The notes beneath the pieces were generated by a model. That model worked only from the letters and a program-made list of their open reading frames with translations, did not search any database and was not told the origin of the DNA. From assembly GCA_963741945.1 (NCBI GenBank), contig CAVUKA010000003.1:512001-576000 (forward strand): DNA of 64,000 bases. Reading direction: 5' to 3'. The translations under genes were made by a program, and so were the position numbers. Source of the stretch: an uncultured Gemmatimonadales bacterium (GTDB lineage Bacteria; Gemmatimonadota; Gemmatimonadetes; Longimicrobiales; RSA9). This document shows, piece by piece, positions 49,977-63,800 of this stretch; position 1 is the stretch's first letter, and every line of letters starts with the position of its first letter.

Positions 49977-50543
49977 CTACTGGGAGAGCGACGCCACGTA
50001 GCCGGCCACCGCCCGAACCTGTTCCGGCGTGAGCGTAGCACCGCCCATGGCGGGCATGGGCGCCGGATGTGAGACGGGGTTCGGCACACCCTTGGTGATC
50101 AGCTGCGCCAGCGCATCCACATCGGGCCCGGGCACGTGCAGCCATTCCGAGTCGGTGAGGTCGGGCGCCAGCTGGGTCCCTTTCGCATCCGGGCCATGGC
50201 AGGTGTAGCAGTTGCCCTCGCCGTGGAAGATGGCCTTCCCCTGGTCGTACTGGGCCTGCGTGACTCCGGGGGCCAGCGCGACTGCGGTCTGGGCTCCTCC
50301 GGCGGCCGTCTGGGTGCTCTCCGGCGGTGCGCCACCGCCCGGTGCGGGCGTTTCGATGATCTCCGCCCGCGGGCGGTTGGGCTGCCCGATGCCTTGCATC
50401 TCGCTGCCCGGCTCCTGGCCCACGAAAAGGCCCGGGTTCTCCAGTGGCGCCTTCGTGTATCCCCGGTCGTCGTTCGTTCCACCGCCACCGCACGCAGTGA
50501 GCGTCAGGGCGCTGGCGAGCAGAAGAAGAAAAGTGGAGCGCAT
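49977..50543 (-). CDS. Monoheme cytochrome c lipoprotein
   Basis: Lipobox LTAC, CYTCH, APDLTD, distal Met in APMPAMGG. Confidence 0.92.
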   Translation of the reverse strand: MRSTFLLLLASALTLTACGGGGTNDDRGYTKAPLENPGLFVGQEPGSEMQGIGQPNRPRAEIIETPAPGGGAPPESTQTAAGGAQTAVALAPGVTQAQYDQGKAIFHGEGNCYTCHGPDAKGTQLAPDLTDSEWLHVPGPDVDALAQLITKGVPNPVSHPAPMPAMGGATLTPEQVRAVAGYVASLSQ

Positions 50544-50644
50544 CCATCCTCCAGAAGGGATCCTGGGTGTGGGAGCGCGCAAAGATACCGTAGCGCGCGG
50601 GCTGGCGCCAGCGGGCGGCGCGTGGACGGGCGGAAACACGACTC

Positions 50645-50673
50645 TTGACTTTGTCCTATATTCGTTGTCCATT
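50645..50673 (+). promoter_or_regulatory. Putative sigma70 promoter
   Basis: TTGACT-N17-TCCATT in an AT-rich patch upstream of 50725. Confidence 0.45.
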
Positions 50674-50724
50674 GGCGACATTCCAGGACAATCGGTCCGA
50701 ACCCCCTTCCGTACAGGAGCCACA

Positions 50725-51111
50725 ATGGCCGATGCGAATCCTGCCGTCATGAAGATGGTAGAGTCGGAATTGACGAAGAACCCTGACATCTCCAATCCGG
50801 AGCTGTTCGAGCAGGCCAAGGAGATCGACGCGAGCATCGGAGAGCTCTCCCCCCGCCAGTTCAACGCCACCTACCCGCTGCAGGTCAAGCGGGCGATCGC
50901 GCCGAAGAAGGCGCCGCGGAAGCGGAAGCCCAGGGCGAAGAAGGCGAGCGAGCGGCCGGTGCCGACGCAGGATCGCGGCCGCGACCGGGTCCGCACGGTC
51001 CTGCTCGAGCTGGCGCGCGACGTGGCCAACGCCCAGGGGAAAGGCGACGTGGTGGACGTCATTGTGGGGATCGACGGGTACGTGGATCGCGTTGTGAAAG
51101 CGGCCACCTGA
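50725..51111 (+). CDS. Hypothetical protein with Lys/Arg-rich linker
   Basis: AGGAG RBS; two helical segments joined by APKKAPRKRKPRAKKA. Confidence 0.8.
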   Translation: MADANPAVMKMVESELTKNPDISNPELFEQAKEIDASIGELSPRQFNATYPLQVKRAIAPKKAPRKRKPRAKKASERPVPTQDRGRDRVRTVLLELARDVANAQGKGDVVDVIVGIDGYVDRVVKAAT

Positions 51112-51212
51112 ATACGCGAGCGGCGGCCGGTCACGCCGGCCGCCGCTGCCGCGAACGCCGCCAACAGGCCGCGGCCCGCTCCCGCCTCATTCCGCGGCCG
51201 CCCGCTCCCGCC

Positions 51213-51974
51213 TCACTCCGCCGCGGCCCGGTCCACGAGCCAGAGCACACCGATCACCGCCCGCACCATTGCCGCCGGAGGCGGACTTTCCGCTCCCCTG
51301 CCCGCATCACCGCTCCGAACACCGTCCATGATGGCGCGGACACGGCGGAGCGCATCCCGCTTCTCCTCGCCAGACACCAGGAAGAGCGCGCGCCGGGACG
51401 CGTTGATGGCGCGCAGCGTGAGCGTTACGCGGGCGGCGGGCGGCGCGTCCGGCGGGGCGACCGCCGGGCGGGCCCAGCGGCCGTCTCCGGCGTCTACGCC
51501 CCCGGGGAAGAGCGACGCGGTGTGGCCATCGCGTCCGAGGCCGAGGAGGGCCAGGTCGAACGCTGCATCGCCAGCGTCCGGGTCCACCGGTGGCGCAGGG
51601 GTGCCAAAGAAGCGGGCGAGCTCGGCGTCGTATGCGGCGGCAGCGCGGTCGGGCCCCAGCTCGCCCCGGATGCGGTGCACGTCCAGAGCCGGCTCGAGCG
51701 CGTCCAGGAGCGCGGTTGCGGCGAGACCGTAGTTGCTGCGGGGATCGTCCGGCGGCACGCAGCGCTCGTCGCCCCAGAAGAGAGTGGTCCGGTCCCAGGG
51801 CAGCCGATCACGGAAACCGGTCGCGAAGAGCTCGTACAGGCGACGCGGGGTATGGCCGCCGGACAGCGCCATGGTGAACCGGCCGCGCGCCTCCACGGCG
51901 TCCGCGGCCGCGCGGGCCACTTCCCCGGCCGCGGCCATGCTGACCGCTTCCAGGTCCGGGAGGACGCGGATCAC
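51213..51974 (-). CDS. pgl: 6-phosphogluconolactonase
   Basis: ALSGGHTP, FWGDERCVP, SNY, LLGLGRDGHTASLFP, RVTLT. GTG start overlaps the zwf stop. Confidence 0.94.
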   Translation of the reverse strand: MIRVLPDLEAVSMAAAGEVARAAADAVEARGRFTMALSGGHTPRRLYELFATGFRDRLPWDRTTLFWGDERCVPPDDPRSNYGLAATALLDALEPALDVHRIRGELGPDRAAAAYDAELARFFGTPAPPVDPDAGDAAFDLALLGLGRDGHTASLFPGGVDAGDGRWARPAVAPPDAPPAARVTLTLRAINASRRALFLVSGEEKRDALRRVRAIMDGVRSGDAGRGAESPPPAAMVRAVIGVLWLVDRAAAE

Positions 51975-53431
51975 CGGAGCTGCCAGGTAACGTCGTCGCC
52001 CGGATCGAGGTTGCGGTCGGCCGCGGCCGGGCCGCGGCTGCCGGCGGCGTAAGGGAGCGGCTCCGGCTTGTGGGCGAGGAGGGGGTCGTAGAGCCGCCAG
52101 GCGGCCTCCACCTCGTCGGCATGGACGAAGAGGGTCTGGTCGCCCTGGACGATATCCCGGAGGAGCGTCTCGTAGGCGTCGGGCAGGGGTGCGAACGCCT
52201 CGTCGTAGCGGAAGCGCAGCCGCTGGCTGGCGAGCTCCACGCCCTCCCCGGGCGTCTTCACCTCGAAGCCCAGGTCGAATCCCTCGTCGGGCTGCAGGGT
52301 GAGCACGAGCACGTTCGAGCCGAGGCGGCAGGCGTCCTGAAACGGCTCGAAAATCTCCACGGGCGGACGGCGGAACGTGACCACGATGCGGGTCAGCCGT
52401 CGGCCGAGGCGCTTGCCCGTGCGGAGGAAGAACGGCACGCCCTGCCAGCGCCACGTGGCGACATCGAGGCGGAGCGCCGCGAACGTCTCCGTGCGGGAGT
52501 CCGGGGCGACGCCCGGCTCGTCGCGGTAGCCGGGCACCGCTTTCCCGTCGATCTCCCCCGCGGCGTACTGCCCGAGGACCATGGCATCGGGGTCGAGGGG
52601 CGCGATGCTCCGGAGCACTTTGACCTTCTCGGCGCGGATGGCGGCCGCGTCGAATGCCGCGGGCGCTTCCATGGCGACGAGGGTCAGGAGCTGCGTCGCA
52701 TGATTCTGGATCATGTCCCGCAGCGCGCCCGCGTGCTCGTAGTACGCGGCGCGGTGCTCCACGCCCAGCGACTCGGCGACCGTGATCCGGACGCTGGCCA
52801 CCCGGTCCCGGTTCCAGACGTCCTCGAAGACAGGGTTGGCGAAGCGGAACACGAGGAGGTTCTGGACGGTCTCCTTGCCGAGATAGTGGTCGATGCGGTA
52901 GACCTGGGACTCGTCGAAGTGCCGGTGGACGAGCGCGTTGAGCGCGCGGGCGGACGCGAGATCGCGGCCGAACGGCTTCTCGATGACCAGGCGCGTCCAG
53001 CCGGGACCCTCGGCGAGCCCGGCATCGCCCAGCGCCATGATGGTGCCGGGGAAGGCATCGGGCGGGAGGGCCAGGTAGAAAACGCGGTTGCCGGGCAGGC
53101 CGTGCTCGGACTCCACCGCCTCGATGCGCTCCTTCACGGCCGTCCACGAGCTGGCGCTGGTCTCGGGGAGCGGCATGTGGTGAAGCTTTCGACCGCACCA
53201 GTCCAGGGCGGCGGGGTCGGTAACGCCCGCCCGGTCCAGCGCCGCGCGGGCGAAGTCGCGGTAGGCGTCATCATCCATGTCGGCCGTGCGGGAAACCGCC
53301 AGGACCACCGATTCCACATCGCTCGCCCGCCCCAGGGCGCGGGCGAGCGCGGGCAGCAGCTTCCGCTGGGCCAGGTCACCGGTCCCGCCGACGATGACGA
53401 AGAGGTGGGGGTCCAGCGCGGGGCCGGACAC
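51971..53431 (-). CDS. zwf: Glucose-6-phosphate 1-dehydrogenase
   Basis: GGTGDLAQRKL, IEKPFG, RIDHYLGKETVQN, RDMIQNH, WQGVPFFLRTGK. Confidence 0.96.
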   Translation of the reverse strand: MSGPALDPHLFVIVGGTGDLAQRKLLPALARALGRASDVESVVLAVSRTADMDDDAYRDFARAALDRAGVTDPAALDWCGRKLHHMPLPETSASSWTAVKERIEAVESEHGLPGNRVFYLALPPDAFPGTIMALGDAGLAEGPGWTRLVIEKPFGRDLASARALNALVHRHFDESQVYRIDHYLGKETVQNLLVFRFANPVFEDVWNRDRVASVRITVAESLGVEHRAAYYEHAGALRDMIQNHATQLLTLVAMEAPAAFDAAAIRAEKVKVLRSIAPLDPDAMVLGQYAAGEIDGKAVPGYRDEPGVAPDSRTETFAALRLDVATWRWQGVPFFLRTGKRLGRRLTRIVVTFRRPPVEIFEPFQDACRLGSNVLVLTLQPDEGFDLGFEVKTPGEGVELASQRLRFRYDEAFAPLPDAYETLLRDIVQGDQTLFVHADEVEAAWRLYDPLLAHKPEPLPYAAGSRGPAAADRNLDPGDDVTWQLR

Positions 53432-54340
53432 CTACGCCTCCCTCCGCACGGGATGGCCCCCGAACTCGTTGCGCATCATGGCGAGGAGCCGATCGGCGAA
53501 CGAGTCCTCCACCCGGGAGCGGAGACGCGCCTGGAGGGCCAGGGTGATGACGGGCGCCGGCACGTCCAGGTCCATCGCCTCCGCCGCGGTCCAGCGTCCC
53601 TCGCCCGAGTCCGCCACCCACGGGGCGATCCCATCGAGACCGGGATTGTCGTGGAGCGCGGCCGCGGTGAGGTCCAGGAGCCAGGAGCGGACCACGCTGC
53701 CGTAGCGCCAGATCTCGGCGACCTGCTCCAGGTCGAGGTGGAACTGCTCCTTGGCGCTCAGGACGTGGAACCCTTCGGCATACGCCTGCATGAGGCCGTA
53801 CTCGATGCCGTTGTGGACCATCTTGACGAAGTGACCGGCGCCGGACGGGCCCACGTGCCCCCAGCCTCGATCCTCGGCCGGCGCCAGCGCCTCCAGCACG
53901 GGTCGAAGCCGGTCGACCGCGCCAGCCTCGCCGCCCACCATGAGGCTGTAGCCCTCCTCCAGCCCCCAGACGCCGCCGCTCGTGCCCACGTCCACCCAGG
54001 CGACGCCGGCCGCGCCCACCCGCTCTCCGCGACGGAGCGTGTCGCGGTAGTACGAGTTGCCGCCGTCGATGAGGATGTCGCCCCGATCCAGGTGCGGGAG
54101 GAGGCCATCGACCGTGTCATCCACGGGCTTGCCGGCGGGGACCATGATCCAGACAGCACGCGGCGACGCCAGCGTGCCCACGACGGCATCGAGGGTGTCC
54201 ACCGTGACCACGCCCTTCTCCTCCGCACGATCCCGGGCCTCGGCCCCGGGGTCCCACCCCACCACGCTGTGACCGGCGCGCACCAGCCGCTCGGCCATGT
54301 TCGCGCCCATCCGGCCCAACCCGATCATACCGATGTACAT
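53432..54340 (-). CDS. gnd: 6-phosphogluconate dehydrogenase, decarboxylating (short type)
   Basis: GLGRMG, DGGNS, GTSGG, GHFVKMVHNGIEYG, DSGEGRW, MRNEFGGH. Confidence 0.95.
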   Translation of the reverse strand: MYIGMIGLGRMGANMAERLVRAGHSVVGWDPGAEARDRAEEKGVVTVDTLDAVVGTLASPRAVWIMVPAGKPVDDTVDGLLPHLDRGDILIDGGNSYYRDTLRRGERVGAAGVAWVDVGTSGGVWGLEEGYSLMVGGEAGAVDRLRPVLEALAPAEDRGWGHVGPSGAGHFVKMVHNGIEYGLMQAYAEGFHVLSAKEQFHLDLEQVAEIWRYGSVVRSWLLDLTAAALHDNPGLDGIAPWVADSGEGRWTAAEAMDLDVPAPVITLALQARLRSRVEDSFADRLLAMMRNEFGGHPVRREA

Positions 54341-54447
54341 GGGAGTCCTTTCATTCACGGTTCCACGTCGATCCCGCGGGAATGGAGCTCCGCCCGCAGC
54401 CCGGCCGCCGAGCGGTACTGCATGGCCCGGACCCCGAACCGACGGGG

Positions 54448-56846
54448 TCACGGCGGGCCGCCGGTCACGGCCACGGCGTGGTCCTTGCCCTCCCAGCCGC
54501 CGTCCGCCCGGCGGGACGTGAAGCGGAGCGGCGCCCGCTGGCCGGTACGGGTGGGGAGGTCCACGTAGCCGATGCCGAGCCCGGTGTCCGTGGCGGCGGT
54601 GTCGTGGGCGGTGGCCCAGTCATCGTCGCTCCAGCGGAGGGTGAACGTGCCGGGCACCTGAACGCGCAGCGTGGTCCCGGCCGCGACGGCGCGTACCCGC
54701 CGGTTCGGCTTCCAGACCTCCAGCGCGTGCACGTCGCGGCGCGCCCCGAGATAGCGGTCGGCCACGGGCGGAAGCCGATCCCAGACGGCCCCGTCCGCAG
54801 CGGAGCGGAGCAGCTTCACGTATTCGGCGTGGGCCCACATGAGCGGCATGGCGGCGCCCGTCGGGCGGCCGAGGAACATGTGCGCTCCGGGGAGGTCGGG
54901 CGCGTCCCACACCTGCTCCGCGAGCAGCCCGCTGTCCGTGGCGAACCACTCCAGGGCCCGCAGGAAGGGGCCCGGGTCGCGGCCGGCGGCCAGCTCGTAG
55001 TGGCCGCGCTCGCCCGTGAGGAGCGGCCAGGCGCGGCCCCGCCCCCAGCCGTCGAACGCGCTGCCGTCCTCGCGCTGGCCGTAGCCGTCGTGGTTGTAGC
55101 GGCGCCACACGGGGCCGCCCGGCGTCTGAACGCGGAGCACGGCGTCCACCACGGCCAGCGAGCTCTCCATGAGCTCGGTCCCTGCGGCGCGGATCCCGTA
55201 GCGCACGAGGTCCAGGAATCCGGCGTCCACGATGTCGCGGGCCGGGAAGACGGCGCGCTGCCCCGGAGCCCGGTTGGCGATGCGGAGTTCTCCCCGGTCC
55301 TTGTCCTCGCTCGGCGCGACGTCGTCCACGGTCACCGGGAGGATCCGGATGTAGTGCCGGGGCACGCCGGTGAGGAGGGAGCCCGCTGTGGTGACGGTCC
55401 ACCGCTCGACGTGGGTCTCGAGGAAGTCCGCGTACTCCAGGAGGAAACGGGCGGTGCCGAGATTGCCGGAGTCCCGGGCGAAGTCGGCAGCGCAGACCAG
55501 CGCGGCGATGTTCGATGCCAGCGTCGCGGGGGAATACCCACCCACCTCCTCCCAGCGGTCCTGCTCGGTGGCGGGGCCGTGGCGCACGAGGTAGGCGGCG
55601 GCGCGCAGGACCATGAAGGACGGGTCGAAGTCGTCCAGTGCCCCCACCTGCCGGAGGCGCCAGGCCAGGAGGATCGGGAACGCGACCTCGTCCAGCTGGA
55701 TGCCCTGCCAGTACGGCTCGCCATCGATCCAGAAGTTCTGCGGGAAGCCGCCGTCCGCGCGCTGGGCCACGCACAGGTAGACCAGCGCCCGGCGCGCGAT
55801 CCCGGTCAGCCCGGCGGCCATGAGGGCGCCGGCGCTGTTCACCATGTCGCGGGTCCAGACCAGATGGTAGCCGCCCTGGTCGTCGTCGCTCCGCACTTCG
55901 CCCCACGGAATGGAGAGCGACGCGATGAGGGCACCGGGGAACGTCTTGTCCTCGTGGGCGAGGAGCAGGCTGGCGCTGCGGCGGTAGAGGTGCCCTGCGT
56001 CGCCCGCGGCTGCATCGAGCGGCGTCAGGCGCGGGTCCGATCCGCTCCCACTGCTCCAGGAAGCGCGCCAGCTGCTGCTCGAACGGCGTGGCCAGAGCTT
56101 CCAGGAGCGTGGTGGCCGCGCTCTCCTTCGAGTGGCCGAACGCCAGCGCGAGGGTGAACGCGGTAGTGGCGCCCGCGCTCACTTCTCCGGTGAGCGCCAC
56201 GTTCCCGTCCGGCGCGCCCTCGAAGTGCCAGGCCATGGTGCGGTGGGCGTGCAGGTCGGTCCAGCCGTCGCTGGCGCCCACGTACCCGCACGACGCCTCG
56301 CCAAAGCCACCGGTCACGCCCAGCGCCATCCAGACGCCCCCCTTCTCGGCCGTGAGCACACGGCGGCCGGCCACTTCCTCCACGCGCGCGTTGTTGCCCC
56401 AGCCACCCACCTGGAGGTGCGGTGCCGCGAGGGCGTAGACGCGGAGCGTGGCGAGGAGGGCGGTATCGCCGGTGAAGCGGACGTGCTGGAGCACGCACGG
56501 CTGGTGCGGGTCCGTGATCACGTCCTTCTCGATGGCGTAGCGCCCGCCGGGCTCCTCGTTGACGACGTGGAAGGCGAGGGCGTGGGGGGAGGCGGCGGTG
56601 GTGGTGGAGCGGAGGTCGCGCTTCTCGTCGTGGAAGAAAGTCTCGCCATCGGTGACCAGGAGCTGCAGGTCGCGCAGCTGCGGCCGGTCCACCGTGGGGT
56701 AGTAGACTTCCGTCACCACGCCGTTCCAGAGAGTGAGCCAGATGCGGGAGGCGCTGTTGTACGCGGTGCCGACGGCGTCCTTGCCGCCGTGCGTCCAGCG
56801 CGGCTCGATGCCCGGCGCCCCGAACGCAGTGCCTCCCGCGCCGACG

Positions 56847-56854
<8 letters not shown>
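54448..56854 (-). pseudogene. GH15 glucoamylase/glucodextranase, frameshifted as sequenced
   Basis: N-terminal domain AFGAPGIEPRWT...EVYYP in one frame. Catalytic domain HEDKTFPGALIASLSIPWG, GGYHLVWTRD, QLDE, QDRWEE, LAEQVWD, PLMWAHAEY in the next frame. The 2407 nt span is 3n+1, with the shift near 56037. Confidence 0.82.
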
Positions 56855-58871
<2,017 letters not shown>

Positions 58872-58875
58872 CGAT

Positions 58876-59901
58876 CTATCCCGCTCTTTCGATTCCCTGT
58901 TCCATGAGCCATTCCCGGGCGAACGCGGCCGCGCCGATGGCCCCACTCTCCGAGCCGAGGGCGGTGCCCGTCACACGGAGGCCGCCGGCCGCCGCCTTCA
59001 GCGCTCGCTCGCGCACGATCTCCCGCACCCGGTCCACGTAGAACGGAGCATTCTGCACGATCCCGCCGCCCAGCACCAGCGCGCACGGATTGAACCCGTT
59101 GACCACGCCCACCAGACCCGCGCCCAGGATGTCCGCCGTCTCGTCCACCAGTCGCGTGGCCAGCGGGTCGCCGTCTTCCCGCGCTTCGTGCACGGTCTCC
59201 GCCGTGATCGCCGACGCATCGCCCGCCCGGCGAACGAGTTGCTCGCCGGCGTCCGGATCGGCCGCCACGGCCTCGCGGGCGCGCTCGGCGATGGCCCAGC
59301 CGCCGGCGTACGCCTCCAGGCAGCCGTGATTCCCGCACCGGCACGTTCGTCCGCCGGCCAGCACCGTGATGTGCCCCAGCTCGCCGGCCATGTTCGTGCA
59401 CCCGGTGAGCATGCGACCTCCGCTCACCACGCCCCCGCCGATCCCGGTCCCCACGAAGACCACGACCAGGTCGTCCACGCCCGCGCCCGCGCCGTGCCGC
59501 CACTCGCCCCACGCCGCCGCCTGCACATCGTTGAGCACGGCCACGGGCAGGTCCAACGCATGCTCGAGGGTCGAGCGCAGCGGGGCGTCCCGCCAGAACA
59601 GGTTGGGGGCGTACGACACCACTCCGGTGACGGCAGCGACCTGACCGGCGACGCCGATGCCCACACCGGAAACGGCCATCCCGCCCGCCCGCCCGATGCA
59701 CGCCTTCACCGCGCCCGCGATTTCCCCGACCACACCGTCGAAGCCATCGGCCACGTCCGTGGGGCGACGCTCGGACGCGACGACGCGGCCGGAAGGATCC
59801 ACCAGGGCCGCCAGGACCTTCGTTCCGCCGAGATCCACGCCGACGGTGAGCGGGGCCGGGCCCGAAGCCCCGGCCGGGGTGTCTGCGGGTGCCATCGTCA
59901 T
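58876..59901 (-). CDS. ROK family sugar kinase (glucokinase)
   Basis: [43 protein letters not shown]. Start uncertain (59901 or 59895). Confidence 0.92.
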   Translation of the reverse strand: MTMAPADTPAGASGPAPLTVGVDLGGTKVLAALVDPSGRVVASERRPTDVADGFDGVVGEIAGAVKACIGRAGGMAVSGVGIGVAGQVAAVTGVVSYAPNLFWRDAPLRSTLEHALDLPVAVLNDVQAAAWGEWRHGAGAGVDDLVVVFVGTGIGGGVVSGGRMLTGCTNMAGELGHITVLAGGRTCRCGNHGCLEAYAGGWAIAERAREAVAADPDAGEQLVRRAGDASAITAETVHEAREDGDPLATRLVDETADILGAGLVGVVNGFNPCALVLGGGIVQNAPFYVDRVREIVRERALKAAAGGLRVTGTALGSESGAIGAAAFAREWLMEQGIERAG

Positions 59902-60044
59902 TCGGCCCCGGAGCGGGGCATCACCTGGGCGTCGCCGGACATGTCGCGCATCGCCGGGCAACATGGTCGCGCGCGCCTCGCTGAGCAACGGTCGGGGAGG
60001 CTGTCCGTCCCGCGCGGGCGGGCGGGAAAGCTCGTTCCCCGGCA

Positions 60045-60059
60045 GGGAACGGTACTTGC
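60045..60059 (+). promoter_or_regulatory. Putative sigma54 promoter
   Basis: GGGAAC-GGTAC-TTGC (GG-N10-GC) upstream of the cytochrome c gene. Confidence 0.5.
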
Positions 60060-60173
60060 CCCTCCCGGAGAACCGCCATCAGAGGCGCTCACCAGAAAGA
60101 ACAAAGGATGGATCCGATGAGAGCACGATCACAGTCCGCCCGAGCGGGGCGGTTGTCCCGGGGACTGCGAGGC

Positions 60174-60784
60174 ATGAGCGGAAAGGCAGTGGCAGGGGTG
60201 GTGATCGTGGCCGCGTGGACGGCGGCCTGCGGGGGCGCCGGGGACTCCCAGGCGTCGGAGGAGGGAGCACCGGTGGTGGAGGAAGAAGGTGTGCTGCCGC
60301 AGGCGACGGCCGAGAACGCTCCCGGCAGGCAGGTCGACTCCTCGCCCGCAGCGACCACGTCGGAGGCGGGGCGGGAGGAATGATGGGCGGCCAGATGGGG
60401 GCGATGAACGGCGAGGCGATGGGTGGGCAGGCCTCGTCGGGATCCGCGTCGCAGCCGCAGGCGGCGACGGCGGCGGCCCAGGGGGGCTGCCCGAAGATCG
60501 ATGACGCGCTCGTGTCCAAGGGCCGGACGATCTTCTCGGGAGCGGGGGGCTGCCACGCCTGCCACGGCCCGAACGCGAAAGGGACGCCGCTGGCACCGGA
60601 CCTGACGGACAACACCTGGATCAACATCGACGGCTCCTACGCCGCCATTGACCAGCTCGTCAAGACGGGTGTGCCCAACCCCAAGCAGCATCCGGCACCC
60701 ATGCCGCCGAAGGGGGGCAGCAACATCTCGGACGCGGACGTGTGCGCCGTGGCAGCGTACGTGTACTCGCTGAGCCACAGCTGA
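60174..60784 (+). pseudogene. Cytochrome c lipoprotein, frameshifted as sequenced
   Basis: Signal and lipobox MSGKAVAGVVIVAAWTAAC in a frame ending at 60383. Heme domain CHACH...PMPPKGG in the frame ending at 60784. One extra G in the G-run near 60368-60371 would join them. Confidence 0.78.
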
Positions 60785-60822
60785 CCGGGTAGGCGACGGA
60801 GGGCCTGGCCGGAGCGGGCGGC

Positions 60823-63800
60823 TCACTCCGCGTCCGCCCGCCAGCTCTCCCCGCGGATGGCCACGACGAACGTGGGCACGAGGAACAGCGTGATGGGCGT
60901 GGAGAGGGCGAGCCCACCGATGACGGCCAGGGCGAGCGGCCGCTGGAGCTCCGCGCCGGCGCCCAGACCGAGGGCGAGCGGGAGGAGCCCGAACAGGGTG
61001 CAGAGCGTGGTCATGACGATGGGGCGGAGTCGCACGCGCGCGGCCTCGCGGATGGCGACGCCCAGCGGTTCGCCGAGCAAGCGCATGCGGTGGCGCGTGA
61101 AGTCCAGCAGGATGATGCCGTTCTTCACGATGAGCCCCACGAGCAGGATCATGCCCATGAACGAGGACACGTTCAGCTCGGTGCCCGTGACCAGGAGGAG
61201 GGTGACGGCGCCCACGAAGCTGAGCGGGGCGGCCAGGATGATGACGAGGGGCTCCACGAACGACTGGAACTGGATCAGCATGACGGCCATCACCGAGAGG
61301 CCGGCGAGGAGCAGCACGAGGATGAGGCTGTGAAAGGCTTCCTGCTGCCCCTGGTACTGCCCGCCCAGCTCCAGCCGCACGCCGGCGGGCGGCGGGTTGG
61401 CGGCAATGACGCGGCGCACATCGGCCATCACTTTGCCCAGGGCGCGCCCTTCCACGCCCGCGGTGACGGCGATCATCTGCCGCTGGTTCTCCCGCTCCAG
61501 GGACGCGGGTGACGCGGTGTCGGAGAGCGTGGCCAGCGCGCTCAGTGGCGTGGCGCGGCCGCCGGCGCCGTAGATCGGGAGCCTGCCGAGCGCGGCGGGG
61601 TCGTAGCGGAACGCGTCCGGCGCGCGGACGCGGATGTCCACCGTGCGCTCGTCCGTCCGCACCTGGCCCGCGCCCACGCCGAGGAGTGCGGCCGCCGCCT
61701 GCTGCGCCACGGCCTCGGGCGTGAGGCCGATGCGCTCGGCGGCCGCGGGACTCACGCGCATGAGAAGCTCCGGCGCGGGGTCGGGGACGCCGTCGTAGAG
61801 GTCGACGAGGCCGGCGACGGGCTCCAGCTTCGGCGCCAGCTCCCGGGCGTACGCCTGGAGCGCGGCGAGGCGGTCGCCGAACAGCTTGATCTCCAGCGGA
61901 TTCGGGCTCCCGGCCAGGTCGTTGATGAGGTCCGTGAGCACCTGGACGAACTCGATGTCCATGCGCGGCACCGCGCGCTCCGCCTTCGCCCGCACCTCCT
62001 CCATGACCGCGAAGATGCTGCGGGAGCGATGGCTCTCCGGCTTCAGTCGGGCGACGATGTCGCCGCTGTTCTGCTCCGTGGCGAACATCCCCATCTCCGC
62101 CCCCGTCCGCCGCGACGTGGCCACGATCTCGGGCGTGGCCATCATGATCCGCTCCACGACGTGCAGCTGCCGGTCCGTCTCGGCGAGCGCGGTGCCCGTG
62201 GGCGTCAGGTAGTCGAACACGAACGCGCCCTCGTCCATGATCGGGAGGAACCCGGTGCCCACGAACCGCTGCGCGCCCCAGCCCGCCACCACCAGCAGCA
62301 CGGCCAGCGCAATCAGCGCGCGCCGGTGGCGCAGCACCCGGTCCAGCGCGCGGGCGTACGCGTCGGTGAGGCGCTGGACGCCGTGTCCCAGGCGGCGGGA
62401 GGCGCGGTGGAAGAAGCCAGCTTCGCCCGGCGTCGCCTGCTCCGGGCCTTCCCCCTCGAACGCCTCCTCCACGTCCTCGGCGCGCACGAGCTGCTCGGCG
62501 AGGAGCGGGACGAGGGTGAGCGCGAGGGCGAGCGAGACCATGACGGCCATGGCCAGGGTGAAGGAGAGTGCTGCGAAGAACTGGCCGACCACGCCCTGGA
62601 GGAGCACGAGCGGGAGGAAGACCACCACGGTGGTGAGGGTGGACGTGGTGACGGGCCAGACCAGCTCGGCCACGGCGTCGCGGATGGCCACGCGCCGCTC
62701 CGGCTGGAGCGCCAGGTGGCGGGCGATGTTCTCGGTGACCACCACGGCATCGTCGATGACGAGGCCGATGGCGATGGCCATGCCGCCCAGGCTCATGAGG
62801 TTGAACGTGCGCCCCATGAGCTTCATGCCGAACACGGTGATGGCCATGGTGAGGGGGATGGCCAGGGCGCTGATGGCGGTGATGCGGGCGTCGCGGAGGA
62901 ACGCCAGGAGCACCACCACGGCCAGGAGCGCGCCGATGAGCATGGCATCGCGCACGGAGCCCACGGCCTCGCGCACCAGCGACGCCTGGTCGTAGACCAC
63001 TTCCACGCGCACGCCCGTCGGCAGCGACGGGGCCAGCGCGCGCATCGTGGCGGCCACGCTGTCGGCCACTTCCAGCGTGCTCCCGCCCGCCTGCCGCGAG
63101 ATGTTGATGAGCGCGGCCGGCTGGCCATCGCCGCGGATCAGGCTGACGCGCTCGGCGGTCCCGAGGCGCACGTCCGCCACGTCGCGCACCCGGAGCCCGC
63201 CCGGGAGCACCACGGCGCCGATGTCCGCGGCGTCGTGGGCCTCGCGGTCCATGAGGACCAGGTACTGGAGGTAGTCCTGGTCCGCGCGCCCCACGGGGTG
63301 GACGCCCAGGGCGGCGTCGATGGCATCGGCCAGGGCGGCATACGACAGACCGGCGCCCGCGAGCTTCCCGGGGTCGGCCACCACCTCGTACTCCCGCACG
63401 TCGCTGCCCTGCACCTCGACGCGGCCCACGCCCGGGATGCCGGCCAGCGCCGGGCGGATGCGGTAGCGCGCGATGTCGTAGAGTGCCCCGGCGTCGTCGC
63501 CCCCGAGGACGTTGTAGGTGATGATGGGGAAGAGGGACGGCAGCATCCGCTCCGTCTCGACCTCCACCCCGGCGGGGAGCTCGGCCTGGACCTGGCCGAT
63601 GCGGGACTCCGTGAGCTGGAGCGCCACCACCATGTCCGTGCCGGGCGCGAAGTAGACCGAGATCTCGCTGCCGCCACGGATGGTGCGGGAGCGGACGCGC
63701 TGCGCCCCCGGCACCACGCTCACCGCCTGCTCGATGGGGCGCGTGACGCTGAACATCTGCTGTCGCGTGCCCAGCGCGGTCCCCTTCGCCACGACGGTGA

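Noticed and set aside
51174-51220. Short direct duplication GCCCGCTCCCGCCTCA at the pgl stop
   Set aside because: Two copies only; looks like a local duplication with no evident function.
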